NCBI GenBank assembly: GCA_044356215.1
Contig: JBIKWQ010000068.1
Span: 1-18,499 of the forward strand
Origin: Bdellovibrionota bacterium
GTDB lineage: Bacteria > Bdellovibrionota_C > UBA2361 > OMII01
DNA length: 18,499 nt
Reading direction: 5' to 3'
The notes beneath the pieces were generated by a model that saw only the letters and a program-made list of their open reading frames with translations, was not told the origin of the DNA and searched no databases. Positions 16,463 to 18,499 of this stretch are shown piece after piece. Each line of letters begins with the position of its first letter. The stretch's first letter is position 1. The translations under genes were made by a program, and so were the position numbers.

Positions 16463-16696
16463 ATGCTACGCCGCTACACTTGGGAGAGTCAGAAGAAGAA
16501 GCTCCAACACTATAAACGACGCCAGCCAGAGACTTCTGTACTGTACCAGATCGTGTACCACGGGCACGAAGACTTACAGCACGTCTGGGAGCCCCGATTC
16601 CAGCACCAGTATGGGTGTTCAATACAAGACGACATCGACACCTACACAACCAAAGACGGGGCCGCACATGAGTTCGATACTCTAGAGTTTCTCGCT
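16463..16696 (+). pseudogene. Internally deleted IS91-like (Y2/rolling-circle) transposase remnant
   Basis: YKRRQPETSVLYQIV...W..RFQHQYG resembles the N-terminus preceding the IS91-type zinc-binding domain. It joins directly to TYTTKDG..HEFDTLEFLA, which resembles the C-terminal (F/L)DPLEFLA motif. The zinc finger and HUH core are missing. Confidence 0.7.
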
Positions 16697-16937
16697 GATC
16701 CGATTAATCTCTGCCGAAACATCATAACCATCATCGCCACATCTTCGAACGGCTACCAGAGCTTAGCTACTTATAAAAAAGGAATTGATCTTCCTAGCCC
16801 TAAAATTCCACGCGCCGTAAAATCTGCATTCATGATAGAGGTAGGCCCTAAGCGCAGAATCGAGATAATACTGCAAATTGCCGAGAGATTGGCAGGACTT
16901 TGCCTCTGATGAACTCGACTGTCATCTTTTGGGGTGC

Positions 16938-17597
16938 CTATCTACACAGTATCCAATCATCAAGCCCACCACCTTCTTTCGCTACAAAGGGATCCTTGGT
17001 GCTCACTAGCTGCGACATCAACGTATATGCCACTAATAACTCTTCATCACACCTTTGCTTAGAACAGCCCGCTTCAATGATTGTGTTAAGCAAACTCTGG
17101 GCAAAATCCGGGATAACAATCAGCATTCTAACAAAGGCGGGCTTAGTACCAATAGTTAAACAAAACTCGATACATTCTGAACTGGTAAGTTCTTGTTCTA
17201 TGATTCGAGAATCCTCAAAGGACCTGCCTCCAATCTCAATAAGCTGCTTGAACTCATTCGGTTTCAGCGGTCGAGGATCGCCCTCTCCTGTCTGAGTTAT
17301 TGGGCAAAAAAGGTGCTGCGTTTTTGGCGCGAAGTTATTAAGATATTGAGGATCTATATATTGTTTCTGCGGGGCATGCTCTGCGATTACCAAATCAGGC
17401 CGTAGCGATGCGCTCAAGATTTCGTTGACCAGACTGAGATCTCTAACAATAGGAAAGCTTTTTGTGAAGCGTTCATTAAGCTCCAAAATTTCAGCTCGTC
17501 GTTGCTCAATCTTTTTAACGGAGTCCGCAAGTACTAGCTCGATTGCTTTGCCTTCGGAAACACCTAGACGGGATTGACTTTGCTGTGTCTGCGGCAT
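16938..17597 (-). CDS. Hypothetical protein (ORFan-like, ~219 aa)
   Basis: ORF with protein-like composition. AAGGA lies 7 nt before ATG 17597 (MPQTQQ...). No recognisable motif. Confidence 0.65.
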   Translation of the reverse strand: MPQTQQSQSRLGVSEGKAIELVLADSVKKIEQRRAEILELNERFTKSFPIVRDLSLVNEILSASLRPDLVIAEHAPQKQYIDPQYLNNFAPKTQHLFCPITQTGEGDPRPLKPNEFKQLIEIGGRSFEDSRIIEQELTSSECIEFCLTIGTKPAFVRMLIVIPDFAQSLLNTIIEAGCSKQRCDEELLVAYTLMSQLVSTKDPFVAKEGGGLDDWILCR

Positions 17598-18086
17598 CTG
17601 CAATTCCTTTTCGGATAACTATTTAAAGCGCGGCGGACCCTCGCACCTGCACTCTCTTTATTGTCCGGCATCTAATGCAAGGCGAATAAACTCGGTCTTT
17701 GCCGAGCCCATTTGCCAACTGTTGCTTCTACGCGGCATTTCTCCCCCGTAGTGCGAGATCTTTTCGAAGTATATTCCGGAATCGAAATTTATTCGACCTC
17801 TCATTGGAACAGATCTAAGAAAATTAATCCACTTTCACAAAGTATAATATTCTCAATAAAGGAGTGGAAAACCAATCACTTTTTTGTAAGTAGTTGAAGT
17901 CGGGGGGCGGACGGATGGTGGTGCAGGTGGAGCAACCAAGACTGAACAGATAAGCCCGAAATGGGGAGTCTGTACCAAGGATAGCAGTAAAATCAATTAA
18001 TTTTCGAATCATATCAAAAACTGGGCGTTTATGGGCGATTTTGATAGTCGGTGCGTGCTTTTGCTTTTAACCAGCTGCACCATTTA

Positions 18087-18364
18087 CTCTCCTATTCCGA
18101 GAGGAGTCATTCTCTCTCATTCGTTCGGATAGATGAGAATTTGGAGGTGGATTTAGTAATCGGGCGTCCAGGGTTGCCGACATATCTCATTGAGACTAAA
18201 TCTACCGATCGAGTTCATGAAGCTCATGTGAGGTCAGTTAAAAAGTTCTCCCCGGAGATAAAGGGCTCGGTGTCTGTGCTACTTTCGCGAGATCCGATAT
18301 CAAAAAATATCGATGGTGTAAGCTGCTTTGAGTGGCGTCGCGGATTGCGGGAGATCGGGATTGT
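18087..18364 (+). pseudogene. Diverged duplicate of the 3' end (15624-15901) of the AAA_14/DUF4143 gene
   Basis: 278-bp ungapped alignment at offset 2463 with 16 mismatches, 11 of them at third codon positions. No 5' part of the gene upstream. Confidence 0.92.
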
Positions 18365-18371
18365 GAGTTAG

Positions 18372-18499
18372 GGAAGGCCGGCAAAACCCCTCCCTGCTGC
18401 GAAAGCGGATCTTGAGTCGCTCTTCGAGTTTTCGAGATGGGAAAAAATCCTCAATGTATCACAGGGGATACACTTGCGGTTTTTTCCCATCTCGAAAAT
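18372..18499 (-). mobile_element. IS5-like MITE, copy 3 (short variant lacking the 68-bp module; cut by the window end)
   Basis: TTAG (18368-18371) then GGAAGGCCGGCAAAACC. Colinear with copy 2 except that 16194-16261 is missing at junction 18475/18476. Confidence 0.9.

Noticed and set aside
16328..16909. 193-aa ORF as an intact gene
   Set aside because: It starts inside the MITE TIR and is a chimera of non-coding sequence, two transposase fragments and unrelated read-through.
3704..17405. Short antisense or overlapping ORFs in the track (e.g. 3704-3922, 5766-5987, 6289-6555, 8014-8436, 13424-13771, 15869-16207, 16900-17295)
   Set aside because: They overlap better-supported genes or repeats and show no recognisable motifs.
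17916..17950. tRNA or tRNA-derived att site (TGGTGG..., ...CACCA)
   Set aside because: No T-loop (TTCGA) or cloverleaf can be built on either strand here or at 18071-18082.
15624..18364. Diversity-generating retroelement TR/VR pair
   Set aside because: Only 3 of 16 mismatched positions are A in one copy and 2 of 16 in the other. Changes are mostly synonymous and there is no reverse transcriptase in the window.
18051..18371. Stand-alone 106-aa gene
   Set aside because: The first 12 codons are unrelated sequence with a GTG start and no clear SD, and the TAG stop is in the MITE target site. It is better treated as a gene fragment.
16090..18499. Composite transposon bounded by MITE copies 2 and 3
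   Set aside because: Copy 2 has its own matching CTAG duplication on both sides and copy 3 starts at a different target (TTAG), which indicates independent insertions. The far flank of copy 3 is outside the window.

Overview
Bacterial genomic window; the taxon cannot be determined from the sequence. The left half is mostly ordinary: the 3' end of an HTH antitoxin-type gene, a GT2 glycosyltransferase, a four-gene envelope operon (cupredoxin-like protein, two paralogous lipoproteins, TlpA-like thioredoxin), NADP-isocitrate dehydrogenase, a hypothetical protein and a HAD hydrolase. The right half is accessory and scarred by small non-autonomous elements. (1) Three copies of an IS5-like MITE have perfect 17-bp TIRs (GGAAGGCCGGCAAAACC) and YTAR target sites (CTAA and CTAG duplicated, TTAG on the one visible flank of copy 3). 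One copy splits an ABC-permease remnant in frame. (2) A 68-bp REP-like inverted doublet sits inside copies 1 and 2 but is cleanly absent from copy 3, suggesting an element nested in an element. (3) A separate 201-bp IS66-like MITE has an 8-bp target duplication (GTTAAAAA) containing the stop codon of a 1087-aa protein with a C-terminal PIN domain. (4) There is an internally deleted IS91-like transposase remnant. (5) A 278-bp diverged duplicate covers the nuclease-like 3' end of an AAA_14/DUF4143 ATPase gene. CACAGAG-type palindromic repeats flank the icd region. All family assignments are by eye and motif recall, not database searches.
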